Positions 19,454 through 29,684 of a DNA stretch of 64,000 nucleotides are shown here, in pieces (positions within the stretch are counted from its first letter, which is position 1; every line of letters starts with the position of its first letter). Source of the DNA: Alphaproteobacteria bacterium (GTDB lineage: Bacteria; Pseudomonadota; Alphaproteobacteria; CAAHEQ01; UBA3637); assembly GCA_045605805.1 (NCBI GenBank), contig JAZUQR010000010.1, forward strand, positions 77,372 through 141,371. Reading direction: 5' to 3'. Both the position numbers and the translations under genes were made by a program. The notes under the pieces were generated by a model. That model was not told the DNA's origin and searched no databases. It saw only the letters and a list, made by a program, of their open reading frames with translations.

Positions 19454-21262
19454 ATGGCAACAAAATTACCAACAAAAAATAAAAAAGTATTGGACTGGGT
19501 GAAAGAAATGGCCACACTGTGTCAACCGGATAAGGTTTATTGGTGTGACGGTTCCGAAAAAGAAAATACTTTACTGTGTGACGAATTGGTAGACAAAGGA
19601 ACTTTCATTCGTCTGAATCCCAAAAAGCGGCCTCATTCTTTTTTGGCTCGTTCCAATCCCAAAGATGTCGCTCGGGTGGAAGGACGCACTTTTATTTGTT
19701 GCAAAAATGAAATTGATGCCGGACCAACCAACAACTGGGCTGACCCAAAAAAGATGAAATCCACTTTGAAAAAGTTGATGAAAGGCTGTATGAAAGGCCG
19801 CACGATGTATGTGATTCCTTTTTCCATGGGGCCTTTGGGCAGTGAGATTGCCAAAATCGGCGTGGAAATTACAGACAGCCCTTATGTTGTTGTCAATATG
19901 CGTATTATGACACGCATGGGTGAAAAAGTTTGGTCTGTATTGGGTAAGGATGACTTTGTTAAATGTTTCCATTCGGTTTGCTCTCCTCTTAAAAAGGGCG
20001 AACAAGATGTGGCTTGGCCTTGCAATCCAGACAACACTTATGTGACTCATTTCCCTGAAACACGAGAAATTATCTCTATCGGTTCGGGCTATGGTGGCAA
20101 CGCTTTATTAGGTAAAAAATGTTTGGCTTTACGCATTGCCAGCACGATGGCCAAAGAAGAAGGTTGGTTTGCCGAACATATGCTGATTGCCGGCTTTGAA
20201 AACAAAAAGGAAAAGATGAAAACCTATGTAGCGGCCGCTTTCCCTTCTGCCTGTGGCAAAACAAATATGGCTATGTTGATTCCACCAAAGGCTATGGCTG
20301 ATTGGAAGGTGACAACGGTGGGTGATGATATCGCTTGGATTAAACCAGATAAAAACGGTGTGTTGCGAGCCATCAATCCCGAGGCTGGTTTCTTTGGGGT
20401 GGCTCCGGGCACAAATCCCGAAACAAATGAAAATGCCATTTTATCTTGCCGAGCAAACACCATTTTTACAAATGTGGCTTTAACAGATGATGGAGATGTT
20501 TGGTGGGAAGGACTTACGAAAACCGCCCCAAAACATTTGATTGACTGGCAAGGGAACGATTGGACACCCAACTCCAAAACACCTGCGGCGCATCCAAACT
20601 CTCGTTTTACCGCTCCGGCAAAACAATGTCCTTGTATTGACAAGGATTGGGAAAATCCAGCCGGTGTGCCGATTGGGGCCTTTGTATTTGGTGGCCGAAT
20701 GTCCACAAATACCCCTCTTGTTTATCAGGCCTTTAACTGGCAACACGGGGTTTATTTAGCCAGCACAATGGGCTCAGAAAAAACCGCTGCGGCCGAAGGC
20801 ACTATGGGCGAAATCAGACGTGATCCTTTTGCAATGTTGCCTTTCTGTGGCTATAATATGGGTGATTATTGGAAACATTGGTTTGATATGTTTGGCAAAA
20901 TTAAACAACATCCGTTGATTTTCCGTGTGAACTGGTTCCGCAAAGACAAAAAAGGCAACTTTATGTGGCCAGGGTTTGGGGACAATATGCGTGTGATTGA
21001 ATGGATTGTACGCAGAACTTACCAAAAAGCAGGGGCCACAGAAAGTGTGTTAGGTTGGATGCCCACTTATAAAGACTTGTCATGGCGTGGCTTAAAAATG
21101 AGTGAAAAACAATTTAACGACTTGATGTGTGTGGATGCCAATTTGGCCGAACAGGATGTCAATTCTCAAGGGATTTATTTTGAACAATTCCTGAATGGCA
21201 ATCGCTTGCCTTCGGATATTGATGCTGAATTGGTTTTACTGTCCAATCGGTTAAACAGATAA
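19454..21262 (+). CDS. pckG: Phosphoenolpyruvate carboxykinase (GTP)
   Basis: [35 protein letters not shown] and HPNSRF motifs. Start set at ATG 19454. Confidence 0.96.
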   Translation: MATKLPTKNKKVLDWVKEMATLCQPDKVYWCDGSEKENTLLCDELVDKGTFIRLNPKKRPHSFLARSNPKDVARVEGRTFICCKNEIDAGPTNNWADPKKMKSTLKKLMKGCMKGRTMYVIPFSMGPLGSEIAKIGVEITDSPYVVVNMRIMTRMGEKVWSVLGKDDFVKCFHSVCSPLKKGEQDVAWPCNPDNTYVTHFPETREIISIGSGYGGNALLGKKCLALRIASTMAKEEGWFAEHMLIAGFENKKEKMKTYVAAAFPSACGKTNMAMLIPPKAMADWKVTTVGDDIAWIKPDKNGVLRAINPEAGFFGVAPGTNPETNENAILSCRANTIFTNVALTDDGDVWWEGLTKTAPKHLIDWQGNDWTPNSKTPAAHPNSRFTAPAKQCPCIDKDWENPAGVPIGAFVFGGRMSTNTPLVYQAFNWQHGVYLASTMGSEKTAAAEGTMGEIRRDPFAMLPFCGYNMGDYWKHWFDMFGKIKQHPLIFRVNWFRKDKKGNFMWPGFGDNMRVIEWIVRRTYQKAGATESVLGWMPTYKDLSWRGLKMSEKQFNDLMCVDANLAEQDVNSQGIYFEQFLNGNRLPSDIDAELVLLSNRLNR

Positions 21263-21275
21263 AATCCTTTTCACC

Positions 21276-21311
21276 AAAAAAATCTCCCGCTTTTCAACGG
21301 GAGTTTTTTTT
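21276..21311. terminator. Bidirectional intrinsic terminator
   Basis: A-tract-CTCCCG-loop-CGGGAG-T-tract between convergent genes. Confidence 0.8.
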
Positions 21312-22842
21312 AGTCACGATCGTTTCCCTTCATTTTTGATTTTTGACGCAGACGAAGTGTTGCACTGCGTTCTTGTTTTGTTGGTTTTCTTATATAGACA
21401 AAATCTTTTTCTTCATCCAACAAGTCGGCCGCCTCGTATTTCAACAAACCTGCTTTTTTCTTAAATAATTTATGCTCTGTTTGTTTTGATTTGTTGTGTC
21501 TTCTTTTATTCTCGCTTTCCTTTGGAATTGGACCAACCGCCTCTTCGCACAATTTTTTATCATCAATCGCAAATGAATAGACTCCGGTGACATTTTCAAA
21601 CAATTGTTTTGGGACACGTGTATTACTGATATCCAATAATTCCACACACACACCGGCATTTTTCATCTGTTCTACGCCCTGCATAAAATCTGTATCCCGT
21701 GACAACAAGTGAACGGTATCTATACTTGAATCAAAACGGGCCAATGCCATGTCATAGGCAATTCTGTCATCCACATCATACTGTTGAATATTCGCATCAA
21801 AGTCAGTTGCTTGGCGTTCTGAGTGTGGCACTTTCCATTTTCTTTCTTTCAAAATTGTATAATAAGGTTCTTTTTGTTGGATTGTTCCTTGACTGATTAT
21901 AGATTTTTTTGGCATCTCATGCGGCACTTCGGACAATAAGAACACCCGACTTTGTCTTTTCGGATTCTTGACTTTGCTGTGCATTTTTGAAGAAGTATAG
22001 CAAATGATTTCCAAATCTTGTGTGTTTATTTTTTCCAAAACTTTTCCCAACAACAAACTTAGATTTTTTTCTGTCAACTTTATTTTTTTTGAATGTAAAT
22101 AAGCACTCATCAAGCCCATATCTATCATCAAGATATTTCTTTTTATGGGATTGTTTTGTCGCATTTGACTTAATACCTCAGGCAACTGTTCTGGTTGAAT
22201 TGAGCTGATTTTGTCTTGTATTTTTTTCAACTCTTCAATGGAAGACAATTTTGGCTCTTGTGCTTCAAATGATGCTTCTATCTTTGGTCTGTTGCCATTA
22301 AACTCTATCCAATCAACATCCACACCTAATGCTGTTGTGACTTTTGCAGCATACGCTAAATCTTTTGAGTCACCCAACACAAATATCTTTTTCACCTGAC
22401 CTTTAACAGCGGTTTCTGCCATGTGGTCCACCAATTTTGTTGTGACCCCTTTTTTTTGAACCTGTAATTCAAAATCATTATCCCTTAGGTCTTTTGGTTT
22501 TTTTTCAAAACTTTCTGGTTTCATAATCCATTTGCCATAATCCATCTTTTGGCTGCGTCCCCAGTCTGTTTCAAAACTTTTTGCATTTGAAACGCCTTTT
22601 TTGTATAGCTCGCTTTTCATATCCTTTTCAAGATATGCTTTTTTACTGATTGGCCATTGCGCATCATAGATAGGGCGGGAACCATAATAGTGTATGGACA
22701 CATCCGCACGAGGATGATTTTGTTTTATTTCCGATACCGCATTATACAAAAACTTGATAATTGATTGCGCACCATAAGGTTGACCAGCCTCTATGATGTG
22801 TTTTTTAAGTGTTTCCCCATCTACAAATAAAATTGTATCCAT
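21310..22842 (-). CDS. Tandem NYN (LabA/DUF88, PIN-like) domain protein
   Basis: Two halves each with FVDG/IDMG, Q(K/Q)..V(T/D) and GDSKD/SRDTDF motifs; basic C-terminal tail. Confidence 0.7.
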   Translation of the reverse strand: MDTILFVDGETLKKHIIEAGQPYGAQSIIKFLYNAVSEIKQNHPRADVSIHYYGSRPIYDAQWPISKKAYLEKDMKSELYKKGVSNAKSFETDWGRSQKMDYGKWIMKPESFEKKPKDLRDNDFELQVQKKGVTTKLVDHMAETAVKGQVKKIFVLGDSKDLAYAAKVTTALGVDVDWIEFNGNRPKIEASFEAQEPKLSSIEELKKIQDKISSIQPEQLPEVLSQMRQNNPIKRNILMIDMGLMSAYLHSKKIKLTEKNLSLLLGKVLEKINTQDLEIICYTSSKMHSKVKNPKRQSRVFLLSEVPHEMPKKSIISQGTIQQKEPYYTILKERKWKVPHSERQATDFDANIQQYDVDDRIAYDMALARFDSSIDTVHLLSRDTDFMQGVEQMKNAGVCVELLDISNTRVPKQLFENVTGVYSFAIDDKKLCEEAVGPIPKESENKRRHNKSKQTEHKLFKKKAGLLKYEAADLLDEEKDFVYIRKPTKQERSATLRLRQKSKMKGNDRD

Positions 22843-22851
22843 TTTGGCTCC

Positions 22852-24117
22852 TTATTGGTTCATTTTATCAAAAAAATCATCGTTGTTTTTGGTGGCTTTT
22901 AATTTTTCAATTAAGAACTCCATGGCATCCGTCACACCCATGGGCATCAAAACTCTGCGCAACATCCACATTTTCGGCAAGCGTTCTTTGCCCACCAACA
23001 ATTCTTCTTTTCGTGTACCAGATTTGGTGATATCAATGGCTGGGAAAATGCGTTTATCAGACACCTTTCTGTCCAAGATAATTTCGCTGTTGCCGGTGCC
23101 TTTGAACTCTTCAAAAATCACTTCATCCATGCGTGAGCCTGTATCAATTAAAGCTGTACCAAAAATGGTTAAACTGCCCCCTTCTTCAATGTTGCGGGCA
23201 GCCCCAAAAAAGCGTTTTGGCTTTTGCAACGCATTGGCATCCACACCACCGGTTAAAACCTTACCGCTGGATGGAATCACTGTATTATAGGCACGAGCCA
23301 ATCGGGTGATGGAATCCAACAAAATAATCACATCTTTTTTATGTTCCACCAAGCGTTTGGCTTTTTCTATTACCATTTCGGCCACTTGCACATGGCGGGC
23401 TGCCGGTTCATCAAAGGTGGAAGAAATCACTTCGCCTTTGACAGAACGAATCATATCCGTCACTTCTTCGGGCCGTTCATCAATCAACAACATAATCAGA
23501 TGAGCCTTTGGATAATTGGCGGTGATGGCATGGGCGATATTTTTTAACATCACTGTTTTACCGGTTCTTGGCGGGGCCACAATCAAACTTCTTTGGCCCA
23601 TTCCTTGGGGACAAATCAAGTCAATAATTCTGGCGGTTAAATCTTTATCATCTTCTTTACCGGTTAAATCATGTTCCATTTTAATTGAGTTTTCGGGATA
23701 CAGCGGTGTTAAATCATCAAAGTTCACACGATATTTTAACTTTTCAGGTTCCACAAAATTGACTGTATTTATTTTTTCCAAAGCAAAATAGCGTTCATTT
23801 TCTTTTGGGGCAGTTATTTCCCCAGAGATAGTATCGCCGGTGCGCAATCCCCAGCGTTTGATATGATATGGTGCCACATAAATATCATCCGGCCCTGCCA
23901 AATAGTTCGCTTCCGGAGAACGCAAAAATCCAAAACCATCTTGCATCACTTCCAAAACGCCTTCTCCATATAAAGTGTTTTCTGATTCAGACAGTTTTCT
24001 TAAAATCGCATACATCAAATCCTGTGTACGCAAACTTGTGGCATTTTCAACATTTAATTCTTCGGCATAGCGCAACAAATCGGCCGGCGATTTCTTTTTC
24101 AAATCCTGTAATTGCAT
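22852..24117 (-). CDS. rho: Transcription termination factor Rho
   Basis: [28 protein letters not shown] and EEFKGTGN motifs. Start set at ATG 24117. Confidence 0.98.
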   Translation of the reverse strand: MQLQDLKKKSPADLLRYAEELNVENATSLRTQDLMYAILRKLSESENTLYGEGVLEVMQDGFGFLRSPEANYLAGPDDIYVAPYHIKRWGLRTGDTISGEITAPKENERYFALEKINTVNFVEPEKLKYRVNFDDLTPLYPENSIKMEHDLTGKEDDKDLTARIIDLICPQGMGQRSLIVAPPRTGKTVMLKNIAHAITANYPKAHLIMLLIDERPEEVTDMIRSVKGEVISSTFDEPAARHVQVAEMVIEKAKRLVEHKKDVIILLDSITRLARAYNTVIPSSGKVLTGGVDANALQKPKRFFGAARNIEEGGSLTIFGTALIDTGSRMDEVIFEEFKGTGNSEIILDRKVSDKRIFPAIDITKSGTRKEELLVGKERLPKMWMLRRVLMPMGVTDAMEFLIEKLKATKNNDDFFDKMNQ

Positions 24118-24172
24118 CTTTATCCTTTGGAAAGTTTTTTTATAGAACATAGTCAGAACGACTATGGGTTTT

Positions 24173-24200
24173 ATTATAACATATTTTGTCCAATTGTCAA
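24173..24200 (-). promoter_or_regulatory. Putative rho promoter
   Basis: Minus strand TTGACA-16 bp-TATAAT. Confidence 0.55.
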
Positions 24201-24281
24201 GCATTCTTTATGAAGGCATCTTAGCTCTTGACTTTTTTGTTGCTTTGGGATACATTTTATTTGTTATATGGAGGTTTTTTT

Positions 24282-25100
24282 ATGTATTCAGGCATCCCTT
24301 TTCCAGACATCAATCCTGTGGTTTTTCAATGGGGTTGGTTTGCTGTCAGATGGTATTCTTTAGCCTATATTTTCGGTATTTTGGGTGCTTGGTGGATGGC
24401 CAGAAAGATGTCAGAAAAATCACACAGTACTTTCACTGTTTTGAAGATAGACGACTTTTTAATTTGGGCCACTGTCGGCATCATTTTGGGCGGACGATTG
24501 GGGTATTGTCTGTTTTATAATTTACATTATTATTTAGAGTTTCCTTGGCAAATCCTTCAAGTGTGGCAAGGCGGTATGTCTTTTCATGGAGGGTTATTGG
24601 GTGTGATTGTGGCAACACTTTTGTTTGCCAAAAAGAAACAGATTTCTTTGTTGAGTATGGGCGATATTGTGACCTGCGTGGCCCCTATTGGTTTATTTTT
24701 GGGACGATTAGCCAACTTTGCCAATGGCGAACTTTACGGTCGGGTGACCCACTCTGTGCCATGGGCTATGATTTTCCCAAATGCCGGCTCAGAACCTCGG
24801 CATCCCAGTCAATTATATGAAGCTGGGGTTGAAGGGCTGTTTTTGTTCCTTATTTTGAATCTTTTATGGTGGTTTGCGCCACCCATTCGCAACCGCAGGG
24901 GATTGATTACCGGTTTGTTTTTTATTCTGTATGGCGTTGGGCGTTTCTTTTTAGAATATACTCGTGAACCGGATGCTCATTTAGGATTGGTATGGCATAA
25001 TTTTTCTATGGGACAAGTGTTATGTTTGCCGATGATTTTGTTGGGGATATTTTTTATTTTGTGTTCCAAAAAAAATACTGTTTATCATCAGGAGGTATAG
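24282..25100 (+). CDS. lgt: Prolipoprotein diacylglyceryl transferase
   Basis: RWYSLAY, GGRLGY, GGMSFHGG, GRLANFANGELYGR and RHPSQLYE motifs. Confidence 0.97.
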   Translation: MYSGIPFPDINPVVFQWGWFAVRWYSLAYIFGILGAWWMARKMSEKSHSTFTVLKIDDFLIWATVGIILGGRLGYCLFYNLHYYLEFPWQILQVWQGGMSFHGGLLGVIVATLLFAKKKQISLLSMGDIVTCVAPIGLFLGRLANFANGELYGRVTHSVPWAMIFPNAGSEPRHPSQLYEAGVEGLFLFLILNLLWWFAPPIRNRRGLITGLFFILYGVGRFFLEYTREPDAHLGLVWHNFSMGQVLCLPMILLGIFFILCSKKNTVYHQEV

Positions 25101-25688
25101 ATGGCCAAGCGACATTCGTGGTGTGAAAATATACGGCGTTTATTCAGAAAACAACTTATTGTCCCAATTATTCGTTCACCTCATCCTCCGGAACATACCG
25201 CCAGAGGGGTTGCCATTGGAACGATGTGGGCTATGACGCCGTTGGTTGGCATTCAGATGTGGCTTGTCACCATGACATGGTTGGGCTTTAAGAAGTTTTC
25301 TTCAAAGACTTTTTCTTTGCCATTGGGGTTGGCTTTTACATGGTTGACCAATGTGTTTACACTTGTCCCTGTCTATTATGCCTTTTATGTGACCGGCCAA
25401 ATTATGATGGGGCATTGGGAATCTATCAGCGGTTATGACCATCTTCAAGAAATTATTCGTCAAACCTTTATGGCCAATCTTTCTTTTGTTCAAGAATGGG
25501 CTTTGTTTTTTAAGTTGCTGTTAAAAGATTGGGGCATTGCCATGGTTGTGGGGTGTTTGCCTTGGGCTGTTGTGGGATATTGGCTTGGTTTTCGTTTAAC
25601 TTTACAGTTTTTGAAAGACTATCATCTTTTACGAGAGAAAAGAAGATTAGCCAAACTTCAACGCAGATTAGAGGCAAAACACAAATGA
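25101..25688 (+). CDS. DUF2062-like membrane protein
   Basis: P..TARGVAIG...TPLVG and WLTNVFT..P motifs with TM segments. Confidence 0.7.
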   Translation: MAKRHSWCENIRRLFRKQLIVPIIRSPHPPEHTARGVAIGTMWAMTPLVGIQMWLVTMTWLGFKKFSSKTFSLPLGLAFTWLTNVFTLVPVYYAFYVTGQIMMGHWESISGYDHLQEIIRQTFMANLSFVQEWALFFKLLLKDWGIAMVVGCLPWAVVGYWLGFRLTLQFLKDYHLLREKRRLAKLQRRLEAKHK

Positions 25689-26329
25689 TTTGTCCATTTT
25701 CTTTTCAAAATCTTTCGTTTATTCGGGCCGGCTTTTTGGATAAAGAGGAAAGTTTAACTTTTTCCCAGCCCATTTTGATGACTCAGGTGCACAGTGCGGA
25801 TGTCATTGTTTTGAAAGAGCCACCCTCAGGGGATTTGGTTTGTGATGCATTGGTGACCGATTACCCTGATTTGAAATTGACTGTTAAAACGGCCGATTGT
25901 GCGCCAGTGCTGTTTGTGGATGAAGAAAAGCACATTATCGGGGCAGCCCATGCCGGTTGGAAAGGTGCTTTTCAAGGGGTGATGGAAAATACTGTTTTGA
26001 AAATGATTTCTTTGGGGGCTTCTGTGGATAAAATTAAAGTGGCGATTGGCCCTCACTTGACCCAAAAAAGTTTTCAGGTTTCTGAGTCTATGCGGGCGCT
26101 TTTTCCCAAAACGGAACACCTGTTTTTTCAAGAATCTGACAAAGGGATTTATTTTGATTTTACGGCTTATTTGAAAAATCGTCTTAACAAAATGGGCATC
26201 CAAAATCCAGAAGTGTTTTCTCTTGATACTTTTTCAAAAAAGGCTTATAATAGTTATCGCAGAGAGCCAGACAATCCGGCTCGGCAATTCAGTTTTATTC
26301 AACTTATTAAAGGAGAGTCACATGTATGA
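25685..26329 (+). CDS. pgeF: PgeF/YfiH family protein (laccase-like/purine nucleoside phosphorylase)
   Basis: QVHS, DALVT, TADCAPV, HAGWKG and SYRR motifs; next to lgt as in many alphaproteobacteria. Confidence 0.88.
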   Translation: MICPFSFQNLSFIRAGFLDKEESLTFSQPILMTQVHSADVIVLKEPPSGDLVCDALVTDYPDLKLTVKTADCAPVLFVDEEKHIIGAAHAGWKGAFQGVMENTVLKMISLGASVDKIKVAIGPHLTQKSFQVSESMRALFPKTEHLFFQESDKGIYFDFTAYLKNRLNKMGIQNPEVFSLDTFSKKAYNSYRREPDNPARQFSFIQLIKGESHV

Positions 26330-27221
26330 AAATATAGAGTTTGTTATTTGTGCGGCCGGTGAATGCACTCGCAATTTTCCCCATTCCAAGGCTATTGCAC
26401 ACAAATCTTTGTTGCCGATGGGGGACAAACGCATCATTGATTATACTTTGAAAGACATTGTTCAAATGGGGGGGCGGCATGTGACTTTTGTTTGTTCTAA
26501 TCAACAGGTGGTGGATTCGTTCAAAAAAGCCTTATCCAATACACCACAAGTGGCCGAAAAATTGCGTTCAAAAGGCAAAAATGATATTGCCGAGATTTTG
26601 GAAGATACTTTTTTGCCCGCAGATATGGACTTAAAGTTTGCTATTCAAGACGAGCCTTTGGGAACAGCCCATGTTTTGTATGTTGCCAAAGAGGCCATTC
26701 AAGACCGACATGTTGTTTTGATTTTCCCAGATGATATTATCCTTTCACACGATGTTCACAATTCCCATTTCAAACGCCTTGTGGATGCTTTTTTATCCAA
26801 TCCGAAACAGGTTTTATTGACTGGTTTATGGCGGGAAGATGTCAGCAATAATGCTATTATTGAAAACAATCGCATTGTGGAAAAACCCAAAAATCCAACC
26901 TCGCACATTGCCGGTATGTCCCCCAATGTGTTGCCTAATGAAATTGTGAAGTTTTTATGGCAACAAGCCCCTCAACGCTTGCAAGAGGTGAAACAAAATC
27001 ACAAAGAATGGCTTTACATGGATGCTGTCAATGACTTTTTGGATCAAGGCGGTGAACAAAATGGCTTTTCTGTGGCGATGTTCTTGAAAGACGATGCCGA
27101 TGAAATGTTGGATACCGGCAATTTATTCTTTTATGAACAATGCTGTTTGCAAACACTGCTTAAATGTTCACGCTATAAAGAACAACACACAGAACTTGTG
27201 AAAAAACTTTTGACTCTTTAA
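26322..27221 (+). CDS. GalU-like sugar-phosphate nucleotidyltransferase
   Basis: AAGECTRNFP..K...K.LLP, QDEPLGTAH, IVEKP and DTGN motifs. Confidence 0.75.
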   Translation: MYENIEFVICAAGECTRNFPHSKAIAHKSLLPMGDKRIIDYTLKDIVQMGGRHVTFVCSNQQVVDSFKKALSNTPQVAEKLRSKGKNDIAEILEDTFLPADMDLKFAIQDEPLGTAHVLYVAKEAIQDRHVVLIFPDDIILSHDVHNSHFKRLVDAFLSNPKQVLLTGLWREDVSNNAIIENNRIVEKPKNPTSHIAGMSPNVLPNEIVKFLWQQAPQRLQEVKQNHKEWLYMDAVNDFLDQGGEQNGFSVAMFLKDDADEMLDTGNLFFYEQCCLQTLLKCSRYKEQHTELVKKLLTL

Positions 27222-27682
27222 CGAGAGGTTAAAACCAGTGTGTATCCATCCGCTGCTGAACTACACTCACCTGCCGTCATATTGGCATAGCTCATTGTTC
27301 TTAGGCGGCCACAGGCCAATTCGGTGAGGCCAGTGACGGTGATTTGATATCCGGCTCCCTCATTGGGGTTATCGTATCGGCTTATGTCTATACCACCATA
27401 TTCATCCAAAATGACATTGCCGGTGCTACATTCCGTGACGGCATTTTCACAAACAGCCGTGATCATTGCGCTTCTCTCTGGATACTTTCTTGACCATGAA
27501 TATAAATCTGTCAAACCTTGCGAGATTTCTTCCAATTGATTGAAGGTGGCGTTGATTTTATACATACTGACACCAAAACCAATGCCCGAGATAGCCCCGT
27601 ACATGATGATGCCCATAACGGCCAAAACGCCCAACATTTCCAGCATGGTGCGACCAGATTCATTTTGTTTTATGTTATTCAT
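27218..27682 (-). CDS. Type IV pilin/pseudopilin-like protein
   Basis: Leader NESG|RTMLEMLGVLAVMGII with Glu5 and a hydrophobic helix; 154 aa with cysteine pairs. Confidence 0.75.
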   Translation of the reverse strand: MNNIKQNESGRTMLEMLGVLAVMGIIMYGAISGIGFGVSMYKINATFNQLEEISQGLTDLYSWSRKYPERSAMITAVCENAVTECSTGNVILDEYGGIDISRYDNPNEGAGYQITVTGLTELACGRLRTMSYANMTAGECSSAADGYTLVLTSR

Positions 27683-27697
27683 TTGAAACTCCTTTTT

Positions 27698-28474
27698 TTA
27701 ACTTTTATACCCCGAAAAGCCAAAACTTTCAAGTTTTTTTTCTAATTGTTTTTCTTGGAAGATTTTGCGTTGTTTTTTTGAAAACGCAACATTCAATAAA
27801 TCGGGCGTTAAAACATTTAACTTTTTCATCACTTTCAAGATGTGTGTCGCACAGGGGCCTGTGATAATCTTAAACAATTCATCTCTGCGTCTGTCAACCG
27901 ACAGGTGGCCCAGATGTGGCACAATTTGTGGCAAAACTTTTACCACCTCTTCCGACACTTTTTTTTGCCCCATTTTGCCCATAAAGCGAAAATATCTGAG
28001 GGCTCTTAAATAATCCTCTTGCATCCGTTTTTTAGGCGAGCCGATAAAGCGAACCGTTTTTATTTTCAAATCATCCAACCCGCCTGTATAATCATAGATT
28101 TTACCGTGAATATCGGCATACAGAGCATTGATGGTAAAATCTCGGCGCTTGGCATCCGTTGCCCACGATTTTGTAAAACCAACCACTGCATGGCGGCCAT
28201 CGGTTTGAATATCTTTCCTTAATGTGGTTATTTCAAACGGTGTACCATTGACTTTGGCCACAATTGTCCCGAAGGCTTTACCAATTGCCAAATACGGCAT
28301 GTGATTTTTGATTAAAATATCTTCCACTTCCTGTGGCGTTAAAGGGGTGGCCATATCCCGATCGTTTATTTTTTTGTGCAACAGCCAATCCCGCACACAC
28401 CCCCCCACCAAACGCACTTGGCCGTTCAGTATTTTGTGTAAATAGCGTGCTTTTTCATCCCACAGTTGTTGCAT
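27698..28474 (-). CDS. cca: CCA tRNA nucleotidyltransferase (short form)
   Basis: VGGCVRD, DRD, RRDFTINA and EDYLR motifs. Start uncertain (ATG 28474 or TTG 28504). Confidence 0.82.
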   Translation of the reverse strand: MQQLWDEKARYLHKILNGQVRLVGGCVRDWLLHKKINDRDMATPLTPQEVEDILIKNHMPYLAIGKAFGTIVAKVNGTPFEITTLRKDIQTDGRHAVVGFTKSWATDAKRRDFTINALYADIHGKIYDYTGGLDDLKIKTVRFIGSPKKRMQEDYLRALRYFRFMGKMGQKKVSEEVVKVLPQIVPHLGHLSVDRRRDELFKIITGPCATHILKVMKKLNVLTPDLLNVAFSKKQRKIFQEKQLEKKLESFGFSGYKS

Positions 28475-28533
28475 ATTTTTATCATAATCAAAGATTGCTT
28501 GCAAATCAAGTGAAAAAAGGATATACTCACTTT

Positions 28534-29673
28534 ATGATGATTACAACGACAAAGCAATTACAAGAACTGTGCCATCGCTTTGAAAAGCATCCTTTTATGA
28601 CGGTGGACACCGAGTTTATTCGTGAGAAAACTTATTATCCTCAGGTGTGCCTGATTCAACTTGCCTCACCGGAAGAGGCCGTTTGTGTGGACCCTTTGGT
28701 AGAAGGGCTGGATTTATCGCCTTTATTTGAATTATTCCAAAATACAAATGTGATTAAAGTTTTTCATGCCTGCCGGCAGGATATTGAGATTTTTTATCAC
28801 CTTTCGCATCAGATTCCCGTGCCGGTGTTTGACACTCAGGTGGGGGCTATGGTTTGCGGATATGGGGATAATGTCAGCTATCAACAACTTGTCAATGACT
28901 TTGTGGGTGTTTCTCTTGACAAAACGATGCGTGTGACAGATTGGTCTAAACGCCCGCTATCCGATGCACAAGTTCAATATGCCTTGCATGATGTGGTTGA
29001 ATTGCGCACTGTTTATGAAAAAATGATGACCCGTATTTGTGAACAAAACCGATTGGATTGGTTGGCCGAAGAAATGGCGGATCTTGTCAATCCCAAAACT
29101 TACGAGCCAGATGTTTATTCGCTTTGGAAAAAGGTGCGTGTCCCTTTCAAAAAGCCTTTATTGATTCATGTGTTTGCCAGATTATATGCGTGGCGGGAAC
29201 TGATGGCTCAACAAAAAAACAGACCCAAAAAGTTTTTTATGAAAGACGAGGCTTTGATTGAATTGGCCGTTCAAATGCCCCAAACTGTGGAACAAATTGA
29301 TGGGTTGCGTTCTTTTCCAAATAATTTCAGCAAATCAGACCTTGCCAAAGAGATTATTGCTGTGATTCAACAAGCTAAATCAGACAATCCACAAACCTTT
29401 GAACAACCTTGTGAGCTAAGGCCTTTAACGCCTAAACAACGCAATTTAGCCGATGTTTTACAACTTGTTTTGAACATTGTTGCCGAAAAGTTTGGTGTGG
29501 CCCCAAAGTTGGTTGCCACCAATGCGGATATTCAACAATTTATTCAAACCGGTGATGCGCCGTTCTTAAAGGGATGGCGGCAGAAGGTTTTTGGGGAGGC
29601 TGCCCTTGCTATGCAGGCCGGCACCTTATCCATTTCATTTGATACCTCTTCGGGCAATATCGTTTTACGATAA
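28534..29673 (+). CDS. rnd: Ribonuclease D
   Basis: VDTEFIRE..YYP..CLIQ, HACRQD, DTQV, DWSKRPL..YA..D motifs plus an HRDC region. Confidence 0.94.
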   Translation: MMITTTKQLQELCHRFEKHPFMTVDTEFIREKTYYPQVCLIQLASPEEAVCVDPLVEGLDLSPLFELFQNTNVIKVFHACRQDIEIFYHLSHQIPVPVFDTQVGAMVCGYGDNVSYQQLVNDFVGVSLDKTMRVTDWSKRPLSDAQVQYALHDVVELRTVYEKMMTRICEQNRLDWLAEEMADLVNPKTYEPDVYSLWKKVRVPFKKPLLIHVFARLYAWRELMAQQKNRPKKFFMKDEALIELAVQMPQTVEQIDGLRSFPNNFSKSDLAKEIIAVIQQAKSDNPQTFEQPCELRPLTPKQRNLADVLQLVLNIVAEKFGVAPKLVATNADIQQFIQTGDAPFLKGWRQKVFGEAALAMQAGTLSISFDTSSGNIVLR

Positions 29674-29684
29674 ATGCCAAAAAA

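Noticed and set aside
27698-28504. Pseudogene call for the short CCA-adding enzyme
   Set aside because: All catalytic-core motifs are intact with no frameshift; only the C-terminal tail is short.
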